Below, in pieces: positions 40,955-50,070 of a stretch of 64,000 nucleotides of DNA. This DNA comes from Candidatus Eremiobacteria bacterium (lineage in GTDB: Bacteria; Vulcanimicrobiota; Vulcanimicrobiia; Vulcanimicrobiales; Vulcanimicrobiaceae): positions 1,184,001 to 1,248,000 of the forward strand of contig CAVTRC010000001.1 of the NCBI GenBank assembly GCA_963737065.1, written 5' to 3'. Positions within the stretch are counted from its first letter, which is position 1. Each line of letters begins with the position of its first letter. A program made the position numbers and the translations under genes. The notes beneath the pieces are model-generated. The model was not told where the DNA came from, searched no databases, and saw nothing but the letters and a program-made list of their open reading frames with translations.

Positions 40955-43900
40955 CTACACTTTGACGGTGAGTTGGAAGAACACGTTGAGCGGCGATGGA
41001 ACTGTGCCCGCATCGCTGAACGACCGCGGGCTGTATGAATTCGTCTCGAACGCCGGTGGCGTGAAACCGTTCGCAGCAGTGTCGAACGGGCTCGTGCCGT
41101 TGTAGAAGTTCGAGATGAAGAATCCGTTGGCCTGATATCCGCAGACGTACGGCGACGGCGCGAACGCAGACGTCCACGGAGCTTTCGTTCCGCCGAAGCA
41201 GCTGTGGAAGAGATTGGCGAGCGTGATGTTTGCCGAGATCCGCGGTGACAGATCGTACGTAAACGCAAGGTTTCCGACCATCAGCCACGGGTTGCGATAC
41301 TCGCCGGGATACGCGAACGATCCGGTCTGCGGATTCGGAACGAAGAGTTGACCGGCCGCATTGGAGAACGTTCCCCCTGCCGTTAGTGCATCGCAGGCGA
41401 ACGGGTCCGTTTTGGGCGATGCAAGAACGATACCAGACGTCGTGGCGTTTGCCGTGCAGACGCGCGGATCGACTCCGACGACATCGAGCGGTCCCCCGTA
41501 AGCCGACCCTTGCACGACGCTCAATGACAACGTGGTCGCGAACTTCTGTTTGCGATAATTCAGAAGCCACTCCAAATTCCACGGCGAATCGTAGTACGTC
41601 GTCGACGGGTTGTTCGTCGGCGAAAGACCCGTATCGGCGGGCGCGTACCAGCCGCTGGTATTGACGAGTCCTTGCTGATTCATGTTGTAGTATGGATTCG
41701 TGATCGCAATGCCGCCGAATGCTCCGCAGCTCGGCGAGGCGACACCCGGGCTCGGATTTCCGGCAGCGTCTTTGCCGCCCGAGCAGTAGTACGGCGAACC
41801 ACCGCCGCCCTTCGTCAGGACGTTGAACTGGCTGATCGCCTGATTGACGGCATTGAGCTGATTCGTTCCGAACCAATTCGTGTATTGCACTTTGGCATTC
41901 GTGTAGGTCAACGCTACTTGCGTAGAAAGGCCGTCTTTTGCGAAGTCTCCCTTGGTGAACGCCGCTTCGACGCCCATCGACCGGAAGTTTCCGACCGGCG
42001 CTTGCGTTACGAAATTCGGCCCGATGAAGGACTGCTCTTGATATCCGACCGTGTAGTTATAGAACGGCGAGATCTTGAAGCTCATGTCCGTCCCGTGAAT
42101 GTGGTGCTCGAGCGAAAGATCCGCCTGCGTTGCGTTCATCGCGGGAATCGGATGGAACGGCGTGTAGAAGCCGAGCGGCAACGTCGCGTTCCACGTCGAC
42201 AGGCTGTTGCCTGATGAATTCAGATACTGAACCGACGCGGAGATCGGCGGTTCGGTGAAACGGCCGATCGATCCGCGCCACACAGTGTCCGGTGACTGCG
42301 TGTACGTCGCGGAAAGACGCGGCGAGAGGTCCGCAATCGTATACGAAGACGGCGAAATTGCCGAGAACGACGGATGCGAATATCCCGCCGGAATTCCGTT
42401 CGGATATCCCGCCACCACCGTACCGGCCGCGCAACTCGGCGTGTAGATCACCGGTGCGGGCGGAGGCGCCCCAGGGAGTAACGGCTTTGTCAACACAACG
42501 CCCGATGCGTTTTGACAAACGTCGTTCGAGATGATCTGCGCGTAGAAGTCGGTTGCCGTCCCGGGGTTCGCTACGAGCCCGTACTGGTAGTCTTCATAGC
42601 GCAACTGCGCGTTGAGCAAGAGCTTGTCGTTCGGCCGCCACTGATCGCTCAGCGAAACGAACGCGAACTTCGGCTTGACGGTATTGAGCGTGCCGGCCGC
42701 GTTTCCGTTCCACAAGGTTACCCAATTGGCCCCAGCAGCGGCTGCGTTCGGACCTAGCGCGCCACCGTTGTACGCGCCATTTGCGGCATTCGAACCCCAC
42801 AACTTGAATGCGCTTCCGCTTGGCACGCATGGAACGGTGCTGTCATACTGAGGGCTTCCGGGCTGCTCGTCCCAACACGAGAACGTGCTACCCGATTGGC
42901 TGACGACGCCGATCGGCGAGACTGAAAGCGGGCCCGACGATGCGGTATACCCCGTGTTGTTGTAACGCACGACGTTTGCCGTCGTGTAGTTCGCAGTCAG
43001 CTGCAGCAGATGTTGGCTCGTCAATTGATCGACGAGCTCGATCTGTCCGCCGCCGGTGTGCGTGATCAGATCGTAGTTTGCGGCAACGCCGCTAAAGCAC
43101 GGTCCGAGCCCGCCGTTGAGATAACAGTCTTGGGCCGAATTCGCGCCGGCTTGGGTCCAGTCCGAGAAGAACGTGTACCCGAAGACACGAGCGAACGCAT
43201 TGCTCGAGAACTGGTGCGTGTATTGGAGTTTGACGATTCCAGTGTCGTTCATGATCGCGTCGCGCAAGGTTGCTGGGAGTTCGGATTGGAACGCCCGGTT
43301 CGTTGGACTGCTCGGTTGGTAATACTGGCTCGTCGTCAGATTTTTGATCGGCGTGCCAAACGGCGCGTTGTAGATCGTCGCGTCGACGTATGCGGGATAG
43401 TTGACATACGGCGTGGGCGTGCACGCCGCGCCGCCTGCGCTTAGGCTTGTCTGCGGGTTGCAATACGCATTTCCAAAGAGCGCATTGGTATACGCGGAGT
43501 AACCGCCGGCGTCGTTCGGGCTTGTGTAGAACGAGGTGTTGAGCATCGACGAGCTTCCGAGAAGTTGGACGTCGTCCGACGTTCCGTTCTTCCGCGGAAT
43601 ACGGAAATGGAAGTTTACGACGTTCTCACGGTCGGCAATCTGCGCCGGGTCCGTCGCATTGCCGTAGAGACCGTTAAACGGCACATAACAATTGGTCGCG
43701 CTGCCGCCGAGGTCGGGCGCGAGCCACGGTAGATTTGCAACCGAGGCGGGCGTCGTTGCCGTTCCGGTAATGCATTCCGGCGTTTCCGAGCGCGCCGTTC
43801 CATTGATCAGTTGCGGCCCAACCGCAACGAAGCTTTGTCCGGTGTAAATCCCAGTGGGATCGTTTGCCATCGAACCACCGTTCGCGTTATTCAAAAACCG

Positions 43901-44791
43901 GTAGTCTTGGTTGTATCCGCTCAGTCCGACGTAGTAGCTGAAACGGCGATCCGGCGTTGCGCCGCCCGCTTCGACCTTTGCCTGGTGATAAAACGTCGGC
44001 GAACCGATCCCGCCTGAGAGGTCGAGATAGCCGGGATACGTCCCGGTCTTGAAGACCTGGTTGATGAATCCCGCCGTTCCCGCGGATGACGACGACGATG
44101 GGCCGCCGCCCGTGTACACTTGCAGTTCTTGTAGCCCGAGATTCGATTCTGTCGACGAATTGTAGTTGTCGAACGCGCGATTGACGGGGATCCCGTCGTA
44201 TTCGAATCCGGTGAAGAAGAATTGCGAACCGCGGACGTATGTCGGCTGATTCCATCCCATTCCGCCCGCCGGAACGGTAACGCCCGGAACGGACGAAATG
44301 GCGGAGTAGGCGCTGTTGAGGTTGCCGCCGCCGCCGAGCGCGCTTGCGGTCGTAATCGCTTGCGAGTTGACGCTGTAGATATCGGAACCGACGCCGGCTT
44401 TTACGAGCGAGCCGGCGGACGTAGCCGATACTTTCGCGATCGTCTTGAGTGCCTTCTCCATCCTGAAGGACAACGTCAGATTGTTGTCCGCGAAAACGGT
44501 AACGCCGGCGTATGAAACCGGCTGATAGCCGTCCTTTTCCAGTGAGACGGTATATGTGTCCGGTGCAAGGGAGAGGAAGTTGAATCTGCCAGATGCGTCA
44601 CTCGTTGTCGTGCCGCTTTGCGAAGCGGATACGACTTTGACTGACGCGCCTGCAATCGGACTTCCGGCCGTGTCGGTGACGATGCCGCCGATTCCGCCCG
44701 TCGTACCGGCCAGTGCCCATGTTACCTGGCCGAAGACGAGTGCAATCAATGCGAACGCCGTCGCCGCACGTCGAAAGATTTGACGTATCAT
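40955..44791 (-). CDS. TonB-dependent receptor with an N-terminal carboxypeptidase-regulatory-like domain
   Basis: Signal ...WALAGTTG, SGRFNFLSLAPDTYTV, plug (YVRGS...YDGIPVNR...AGFINQV) and a C-terminal beta-strand FFQLTVKV. Confidence 0.88.
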   Translation of the reverse strand: MIRQIFRRAATAFALIALVFGQVTWALAGTTGGIGGIVTDTAGSPIAGASVKVVSASQSGTTTSDASGRFNFLSLAPDTYTVSLEKDGYQPVSYAGVTVFADNNLTLSFRMEKALKTIAKVSATSAGSLVKAGVGSDIYSVNSQAITTASALGGGGNLNSAYSAISSVPGVTVPAGGMGWNQPTYVRGSQFFFTGFEYDGIPVNRAFDNYNSSTESNLGLQELQVYTGGGPSSSSSAGTAGFINQVFKTGTYPGYLDLSGGIGSPTFYHQAKVEAGGATPDRRFSYYVGLSGYNQDYRFLNNANGGSMANDPTGIYTGQSFVAVGPQLINGTARSETPECITGTATTPASVANLPWLAPDLGGSATNCYVPFNGLYGNATDPAQIADRENVVNFHFRIPRKNGTSDDVQLLGSSSMLNTSFYTSPNDAGGYSAYTNALFGNAYCNPQTSLSAGGAACTPTPYVNYPAYVDATIYNAPFGTPIKNLTTSQYYQPSSPTNRAFQSELPATLRDAIMNDTGIVKLQYTHQFSSNAFARVFGYTFFSDWTQAGANSAQDCYLNGGLGPCFSGVAANYDLITHTGGGQIELVDQLTSQHLLQLTANYTTANVVRYNNTGYTASSGPLSVSPIGVVSQSGSTFSCWDEQPGSPQYDSTVPCVPSGSAFKLWGSNAANGAYNGGALGPNAAAAGANWVTLWNGNAAGTLNTVKPKFAFVSLSDQWRPNDKLLLNAQLRYEDYQYGLVANPGTATDFYAQIISNDVCQNASGVVLTKPLLPGAPPPAPVIYTPSCAAGTVVAGYPNGIPAGYSHPSFSAISPSSYTIADLSPRLSATYTQSPDTVWRGSIGRFTEPPISASVQYLNSSGNSLSTWNATLPLGFYTPFHPIPAMNATQADLSLEHHIHGTDMSFKISPFYNYTVGYQEQSFIGPNFVTQAPVGNFRSMGVEAAFTKGDFAKDGLSTQVALTYTNAKVQYTNWFGTNQLNAVNQAISQFNVLTKGGGGSPYYCSGGKDAAGNPSPGVASPSCGAFGGIAITNPYYNMNQQGLVNTSGWYAPADTGLSPTNNPSTTYYDSPWNLEWLLNYRKQKFATTLSLSVVQGSAYGGPLDVVGVDPRVCTANATTSGIVLASPKTDPFACDALTAGGTFSNAAGQLFVPNPQTGSFAYPGEYRNPWLMVGNLAFTYDLSPRISANITLANLFHSCFGGTKAPWTSAFAPSPYVCGYQANGFFISNFYNGTSPFDTAANGFTPPAFETNSYSPRSFSDAGTVPSPLNVFFQLTVKV

Positions 44792-44820
44792 GCGATGCCT
44801 TTCACAAAATTAGAGGTTGC

Positions 44821-44879
44821 TGAGCAGCTTGCTCATGCCGCCATCATGGCATCGCATTGCGGTGTTAGCTTAACACCGC
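44821..44879. promoter_or_regulatory. Inverted repeats upstream of the TBDR (candidate operators)
   Basis: TGAGCA-gct-TGCTCA at 44821-44835 and GCGGTGTTA-gct-TAACACCGC at 44859-44879. Confidence 0.4.
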
Positions 44880-44895
44880 GTAACGCAGTCTCACA

Positions 44896-45276
44896 TCACA
44901 TAACACTGCTCGCAGCAGCCGGCGAATGCAGACCGTGGACGTTGCCTTCGGAATCTTGAATCATCGCCCAACCGCCCCACGGTTCGATCCGCGGTGGTGT
45001 TGCGATCGTCACGCCACGCCTCTGCAGGTCGCCGCATGCCTTCGTAACGTCATCCACTTCGAGAATCACGCGAACGTCGTTCTCGCCTTCTTTGATCTCT
45101 TCGTCAACGACCGACAGCGTGAATGACGCCTGTCCACCGTTCGGCGCTACCGTTACCCAGCGCATTCCTTCTCCCATCGGCGCGTCCATCGTCTTGTCCC
45201 ACCCAAGCGTCTTCGTATAAAACTCGATCGCGCGGTCGATGTCGCGCACGGGCAACGTCACAACGGATATGTACAT
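44896..45276 (-). CDS. VOC/glyoxalase family protein
   Basis: VRDIDRAIEFYTKTLG, RWVTVAP and EPWG...QDSEGN motifs, with a GAAGGAGG SD. Confidence 0.9.
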   Translation of the reverse strand: MYISVVTLPVRDIDRAIEFYTKTLGWDKTMDAPMGEGMRWVTVAPNGGQASFTLSVVDEEIKEGENDVRVILEVDDVTKACGDLQRRGVTIATPPRIEPWGGWAMIQDSEGNVHGLHSPAAASSVM

Positions 45277-45360
45277 GCTTTCCTCCTTCGTCCCAGTTAC
45301 CTCACCGACTGGCGGCCACTGCGATGGTCCCGTTGCATCGCGATGAATAATGCGCGCCGC

Positions 45361-45400
45361 AAAACACAAAGCCCGCCGCCGAATCGGCGACAGGCTTTGT
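45361..45400 (-). terminator. Intrinsic terminator
   Basis: Minus strand ACAAAGCCTGTCGCCG-att-CGGCGGCGGGCTTTGT followed by GTTTT; a 16-bp stem with G-U pairs. Confidence 0.75.
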
Positions 45401-45558
45401 TGTACTTTCCGATTCGTTCGCCTGTTTGAGTTCGTTACCGAACCCCCACTGACGTTCGATCCTCGGTTGGTGATTACACTACACTCGCTGAACGACAGCG
45501 CTTCAACCGTGCAATCAACGCGGCTTCGTACTACCGCACTTCGTCGTGACTGAAGTGC
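45361..45558 (-). ncRNA. Candidate ~200-nt structured RNA or leader of unknown family
   Basis: Extended -10 TGcTATGCT at 45571-45563, four short hairpins, no credible ORF, ending in the terminator above. Confidence 0.45.
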
Positions 45559-45849
45559 TCCGAGCATAGCAAAGCGACCCATGCGCAAACAAGCCGCTTT
45601 TTTACCGATTCACAGCGTCTCCACAAAAAATTGCCGTTATGAACAAGCTCTGCGCACGATAATCACAGCATCCCGGGATACGCCGAAGGATGGACGTCCC
45701 GACTCGCTGCGTTCACACGAACTCGCGCTCGACGCTCCAAGCGATTTCTTGCCGGCACGCGACCTCACGAACCGCGCTTGCGATGGCTCACGGCAGTCGG
45801 CGATGCGTGTGCAACCGGTTTTGGTCACCGTGCCGTCGAAACGCGCGAC

Positions 45850-46785
45850 ATGGGCTCGCTTCTCGAACGTCCGGTGCGCGCTGCAATTTTGGCCGCTGCG
45901 GATAACGCGGCCGTTCAGCGCGCCGTTTCGCGTTACGGGATGCGCTTGGGCGCGCGCCGTTTCGTCGCCGGCGAACGCGCTGAAGATTTTCTCAACGTAA
46001 CGCAAGCGCTCAATCGCGACGGCTTTTGCGTCGCGTGCGGTATCCTCGGCGAAGGCGTGAACGATGCATCGGAGGCAGAGGACGCGACGGAACAGTACTG
46101 CGAGATGCTTCGCACGTTCGTGCAACGCGGCATGGATGCGAACGTCGCGTTCAAACTGACGCACGTTGGCCTCGACATCGATCCCGAGCTGGCATATAGA
46201 AACGCGGCGCGCATTGCGCGAACTGCCCAAGACGGTAAAAATACGACGCGCCTCGATATGGAGCAGTCGCGCTATGTCGATGCAACGCTTCGGGCGTACC
46301 GGCGCTTGCGCGAACGCTTTGAAAACGTGGGCTTCGTGCTCCAATCGTATCTCTACCGCAGTGTTGCCGATTTAAGAGCGCTCCTTCCGCTGCGCCCGAA
46401 CGTTCGGCTCGTGAAAGGGGCGTATCTCGAACCGCCCGATGTCGCGTATGCCTCTAAGGCCGAGGTGGACACAAATTACCTGCGGCTCGCGGAACTGGCA
46501 CTGACCAATCCGGGTTACACCGCGATCGCGACGCACGATCCGAAGATCATCGATGCCGTCGAAGCGATCGTGAAGCGCGAGCGGTTGCCGCTGCGCGGGC
46601 GTTTCGAATTTCAGCTGCTCTACGGCATCGGCGCGCCGCTCGCGCAGCGCCTCATTAGCAGCGGATACCGCGTACGTCTCGCCGTACCGTACGGCGATTA
46701 CTGGTTTCCGTACTTGATGCGCCGTCTGGCGGAACGCCCGGCGAACCTCGCATTCTTCTTGAAAGGAGCGCTTGGGAGATCGTGA
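45850..46785 (+). CDS. Proline dehydrogenase (monofunctional)
   Basis: RRFVAGE, KLTHVGL, DME, VRLVKGAY, IATHD and YLMRRLAERPAN motifs. Confidence 0.92.
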   Translation: MGSLLERPVRAAILAAADNAAVQRAVSRYGMRLGARRFVAGERAEDFLNVTQALNRDGFCVACGILGEGVNDASEAEDATEQYCEMLRTFVQRGMDANVAFKLTHVGLDIDPELAYRNAARIARTAQDGKNTTRLDMEQSRYVDATLRAYRRLRERFENVGFVLQSYLYRSVADLRALLPLRPNVRLVKGAYLEPPDVAYASKAEVDTNYLRLAELALTNPGYTAIATHDPKIIDAVEAIVKRERLPLRGRFEFQLLYGIGAPLAQRLISSGYRVRLAVPYGDYWFPYLMRRLAERPANLAFFLKGALGRS

Positions 46786-47603
46786 TCGCGCCGCCGACGC
46801 TTGCAGGTGTTTGGTCAGCGACCGTTACGCCGGTCGATGCGTCGTTCGAACCCGATGCGGCGCGTGCCGCGGCCTTTTATCAAGAACTGCTCGCCAACGG
46901 CATCGACGGGCTGAACGTTCTCGGAACCAACGGCGAAGCGATGTCGCTCAGCACGCGTCAGCGCATCGCATTCATGCGTGGAATCGTTGAGGCCGGGATT
47001 CCGAAACCCCAAACGATGTTCGGCACGGGCGCCTGCGCGCTCGATGATGCGGTGGAACTCAATCGCGCCGCGGCGGACCTCGGAGTAGCAGCCGCGCTGA
47101 TTATTCCGCCGTTCTACTATCGCGACACGAGCAACGACGGTATCGTGCGCTTCTTCGACGCACTCTTCACGCGCGCGAGCCCGCCGCCGGTTCTCCTGTA
47201 TAATTTCCCGCGCATGAGCGGTATCACGTTCACCGCGTCGCTCGTCGACCGCTTGTTGAATGAATTCCCGGGCAAGATCGTCGGCATGAAGGACAGCTCG
47301 AACGACGCGACGTTACAGCGTGAGCTACTGCTGCGCCATCCCGAATTGCGCGTATTCACCGGTTCGGAAGAGACGCTTGCCGACGTGTTGAGCTTCGGCG
47401 GCGCGGGTTGCATTTCGGGAAGCGTTGCACTATGGCCGCGCCTCGCCGGCGATTTCTACCGCACGCGCGATGCGAAATTCGGCAAAGAGCTTGCGGAAGC
47501 ACGCCGCTCCGTCGACGGCGGCTCGTTGATCGCAACGGTGCGCGAACGCATCGCCCGCGCGCGCGCCGACGACAACTGGCGCCGCGCCGTTCCGCCGCTT
47601 TAG
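46782..47603 (+). CDS. Dihydrodipicolinate synthase family lyase
   Basis: LGTNGE, PPFYY, LYNFP and GMKDSS motifs. Confidence 0.9.
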   Translation: MIAPPTLAGVWSATVTPVDASFEPDAARAAAFYQELLANGIDGLNVLGTNGEAMSLSTRQRIAFMRGIVEAGIPKPQTMFGTGACALDDAVELNRAAADLGVAAALIIPPFYYRDTSNDGIVRFFDALFTRASPPPVLLYNFPRMSGITFTASLVDRLLNEFPGKIVGMKDSSNDATLQRELLLRHPELRVFTGSEETLADVLSFGGAGCISGSVALWPRLAGDFYRTRDAKFGKELAEARRSVDGGSLIATVRERIARARADDNWRRAVPPL

Positions 47604-49591
47604 ACCGTGCGCGCTTTCCGCCCGATCCAACGATACAACGCAAACGGGACCAAGACGAATGCGATGACGGCGAGCGGCGTGGCGAGCGCAAAGTTTGCGG
47701 CAAGTAGCGCGAACGGTTGCGACGGATCCGCGACGGAGATCGCACCGCGCTGGGCGGCAACGATGATTCCGGCATAGAGCACGCCCCAGATGCTTTCACC
47801 AACGATCAACCCCGACGCTACGAGCACGCCCAGGCGGCGCGCTGCGTCGGCATTGTTTTTGTTGCGAGTCCAATTGTTGTAGATCGCGCCGAAGAGCGCG
47901 CCGACGACAACGGGCGCCGTCGCCTGCGGCGGAAGATAAATGCCCAAGCCCACGGCGAGCGGCGGAAAGCGAAAGCGTCCCGACATGCGGCCGAGCTCAT
48001 CGATCACGATGACGGCGATGCCGATCAACACACCGATGCCGATGAGGTTCCACGGGGTCGTCGCGCCGATCACGCCTTTCGCGAGCGTCGAAATGAGCAC
48101 CGCTTGCGGCGCGGCCAATCCGTTTCCACCGAATCCGTATGCCTTGTTCAAGACGTCGAGTATGGGCGGGATAATGATCGCACCGAACAACACGCCGACG
48201 ATCAACGCGACTTGTTGCCGCCACGGCGTCGCACCGACCAGCTGACCCGTCTTCAGATCCTGAAGATTGTCATTTGAGATCGTGGCGACGTTGATCAAAA
48301 TCGTCGTGATGAACAACGCGTACGCTACCAACGCGGGGGTCGTGACGGGGTCGGCTTTTGCGACGAGCAGCAGCAAGAGCGCCGCACCGATGACCGAGAG
48401 AATCGCCATGCCGGAAACGGGCGAGTTCGACGATCCGATCAGTCCGGCCATATACCCCGTCGCCGCCGCGACGAACAATCCGACGATTACGACGTAGACC
48501 ATGCCGACGACGATCAGCGGCACAGCCATCGATTGCAACGGTGTGCCCGAGAGAAACACGTACAACAGGATCCCGAGCGGAACAAAGCACGCGAGCGCGA
48601 TCAAAAGAACGACGTTGAAGGGAAGATCGTGCTCGGTGATGTCGAGCGTCGCGCCCGCCTTGCGTGCTCGCGATGCGGCGACCGAGGACATAACGCCTTT
48701 CCACACCGGCGCCGCCAACCGCAGCAACGTCCAAATGCCGGCAATGCCGATCGTGCCGGCGCCGATAAAACGCACGTCGTGCGCGCGGATCGCATTTGCG
48801 ATATCGGCGATCGCGCCCGCCTGCGGATGCAACGCCGAAAACAGTGGAATCAAAATACCCCACGCGATAAAGAGGCCGCCAAAGATCGCGCTACCGACGC
48901 TCAGCCCGATGAGGTGACCGACCCCCACGAGCGCGAGCGAGGTCGAAAATCCCAAACCGGTAATCGATGGACCGACCTTCGCGAAGCCGTCGAACTCGCT
49001 CGCAAAGAGTCGAATCGCCGTACCGACCTGCACTGCGGCTGACGCGATCGAACTCACGATGAGCGCGATCAGCCCCAAGCGATTCTCGGCTGCGGCTTCG
49101 TCCTTTTGTTTACCGGCGCCGACGTGTAAAACTTCCGCCGCAGCGACCCCTTCCGGATACGGAAGATCCGAACCGGTCACGAGCGCGCGGCGCAACGGCA
49201 CGCTGTACATCACGCCGAGAATTCCGCCGAACGCACAGACCGCGAAAGACTGCCAGAACGGAAAGTGCGTCCACCAACTCACCATGACGAGTCCGGGCAA
49301 GACGAAGATGACCGAGGACAGCGTGCCCGCGGCCGAAGCAACGGTCTGCACGATGTTGTTCTCCCAGATCGTCGCGCTGCGGAATCCGCGTAAGACCGCC
49401 ATAGAAATCACCGCCGCCGGAATCGACGACGCGAACGTCAACCCGACCTTGAGGCCGAGATAAACGTTAGCAGCGGTAAAGACGAGCGTAATCAGGCCAC
49501 CGAGAAGCAGCCCGCGAATCGTTAACTCGAGTGCGCCCGCGGGACGGGAAACCGGCTCGATGACACCAGCCGGGCTTTCCGGTTGTGTGAG
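47600..49591 (-). CDS. OPT family oligopeptide transporter
   Basis: NVYLGLKVGLTFASSIPAAV, YPEGVAAA, SNSPVSG and QDLKTGQLVGATP motifs. Start approximate. Confidence 0.93.
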   Translation of the reverse strand, partial: LTQPESPAGVIEPVSRPAGALELTIRGLLLGGLITLVFTAANVYLGLKVGLTFASSIPAAVISMAVLRGFRSATIWENNIVQTVASAAGTLSSVIFVLPGLVMVSWWTHFPFWQSFAVCAFGGILGVMYSVPLRRALVTGSDLPYPEGVAAAEVLHVGAGKQKDEAAAENRLGLIALIVSSIASAAVQVGTAIRLFASEFDGFAKVGPSITGLGFSTSLALVGVGHLIGLSVGSAIFGGLFIAWGILIPLFSALHPQAGAIADIANAIRAHDVRFIGAGTIGIAGIWTLLRLAAPVWKGVMSSVAASRARKAGATLDITEHDLPFNVVLLIALACFVPLGILLYVFLSGTPLQSMAVPLIVVGMVYVVIVGLFVAAATGYMAGLIGSSNSPVSGMAILSVIGAALLLLLVAKADPVTTPALVAYALFITTILINVATISNDNLQDLKTGQLVGATPWRQQVALIVGVLFGAIIIPPILDVLNKAYGFGGNGLAAPQAVLISTLAKGVIGATTPWNLIGIGVLIGIAVIVIDELGRMSGRFRFPPLAVGLGIYLPPQATAPVVVGALFGAIYNNWTRNKNNADAARRLGVLVASGLIVGESIWGVLYAGIIVAAQRGAISVADPSQPFALLAANFALATPLAVIAFVLVPFALYRWIGRKARTV

Positions 49592-49639
49592 TTGCACCCG
49601 CCTTCGATTGTCGGCGCTGCGCAAGGACCCTTTCGTCGA

Positions 49640-49996
49640 TCAGGCAGCGCGTTGGACGAAGACGGCGATCCGGCGTCCGTCGTGCCCGTGCAGGGGCGCG
49701 ACGGTGACGTGAAGATCGCTCACTGCGGCAGCAGCGGGACTTGCGGTCCGGGGGTTACGCCACGCCGCAGTGAGAGCGCGCACGACGCGATCGATCGCTC
49801 CAGGCAGCGCGTCCACGCCGGAGCTCGCGTCGTACAACGATGCTAAGGGTTCTTCAGCGCTGGAGGGCCCGGCCATGACGACCCGATACGCCTCGTCGAG
49901 AATGAAGCAGTAGGGAATGGCGCCGGTAAAGCGCGGACGATTCGGGATTGCATCGTAGGTTGCTTGGGTGATTGCGACCACGGACGAGTCCTCCAT
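49640..49996 (-). CDS. Hypothetical protein divergent from the LuxR regulator
   Basis: 118-aa ORF with typical codon usage and a PAS-like alternating pattern (weak). Confidence 0.6.
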   Translation of the reverse strand: MEDSSVVAITQATYDAIPNRPRFTGAIPYCFILDEAYRVVMAGPSSAEEPLASLYDASSGVDALPGAIDRVVRALTAAWRNPRTASPAAAAVSDLHVTVAPLHGHDGRRIAVFVQRAA

Positions 49997-50070
49997 GACC
50001 CTATGGTACGAGAGGCGGCACGCGAAAGAATCCGGGGAAACACCTGGTTTTCGGACGAATTACGACGGCC

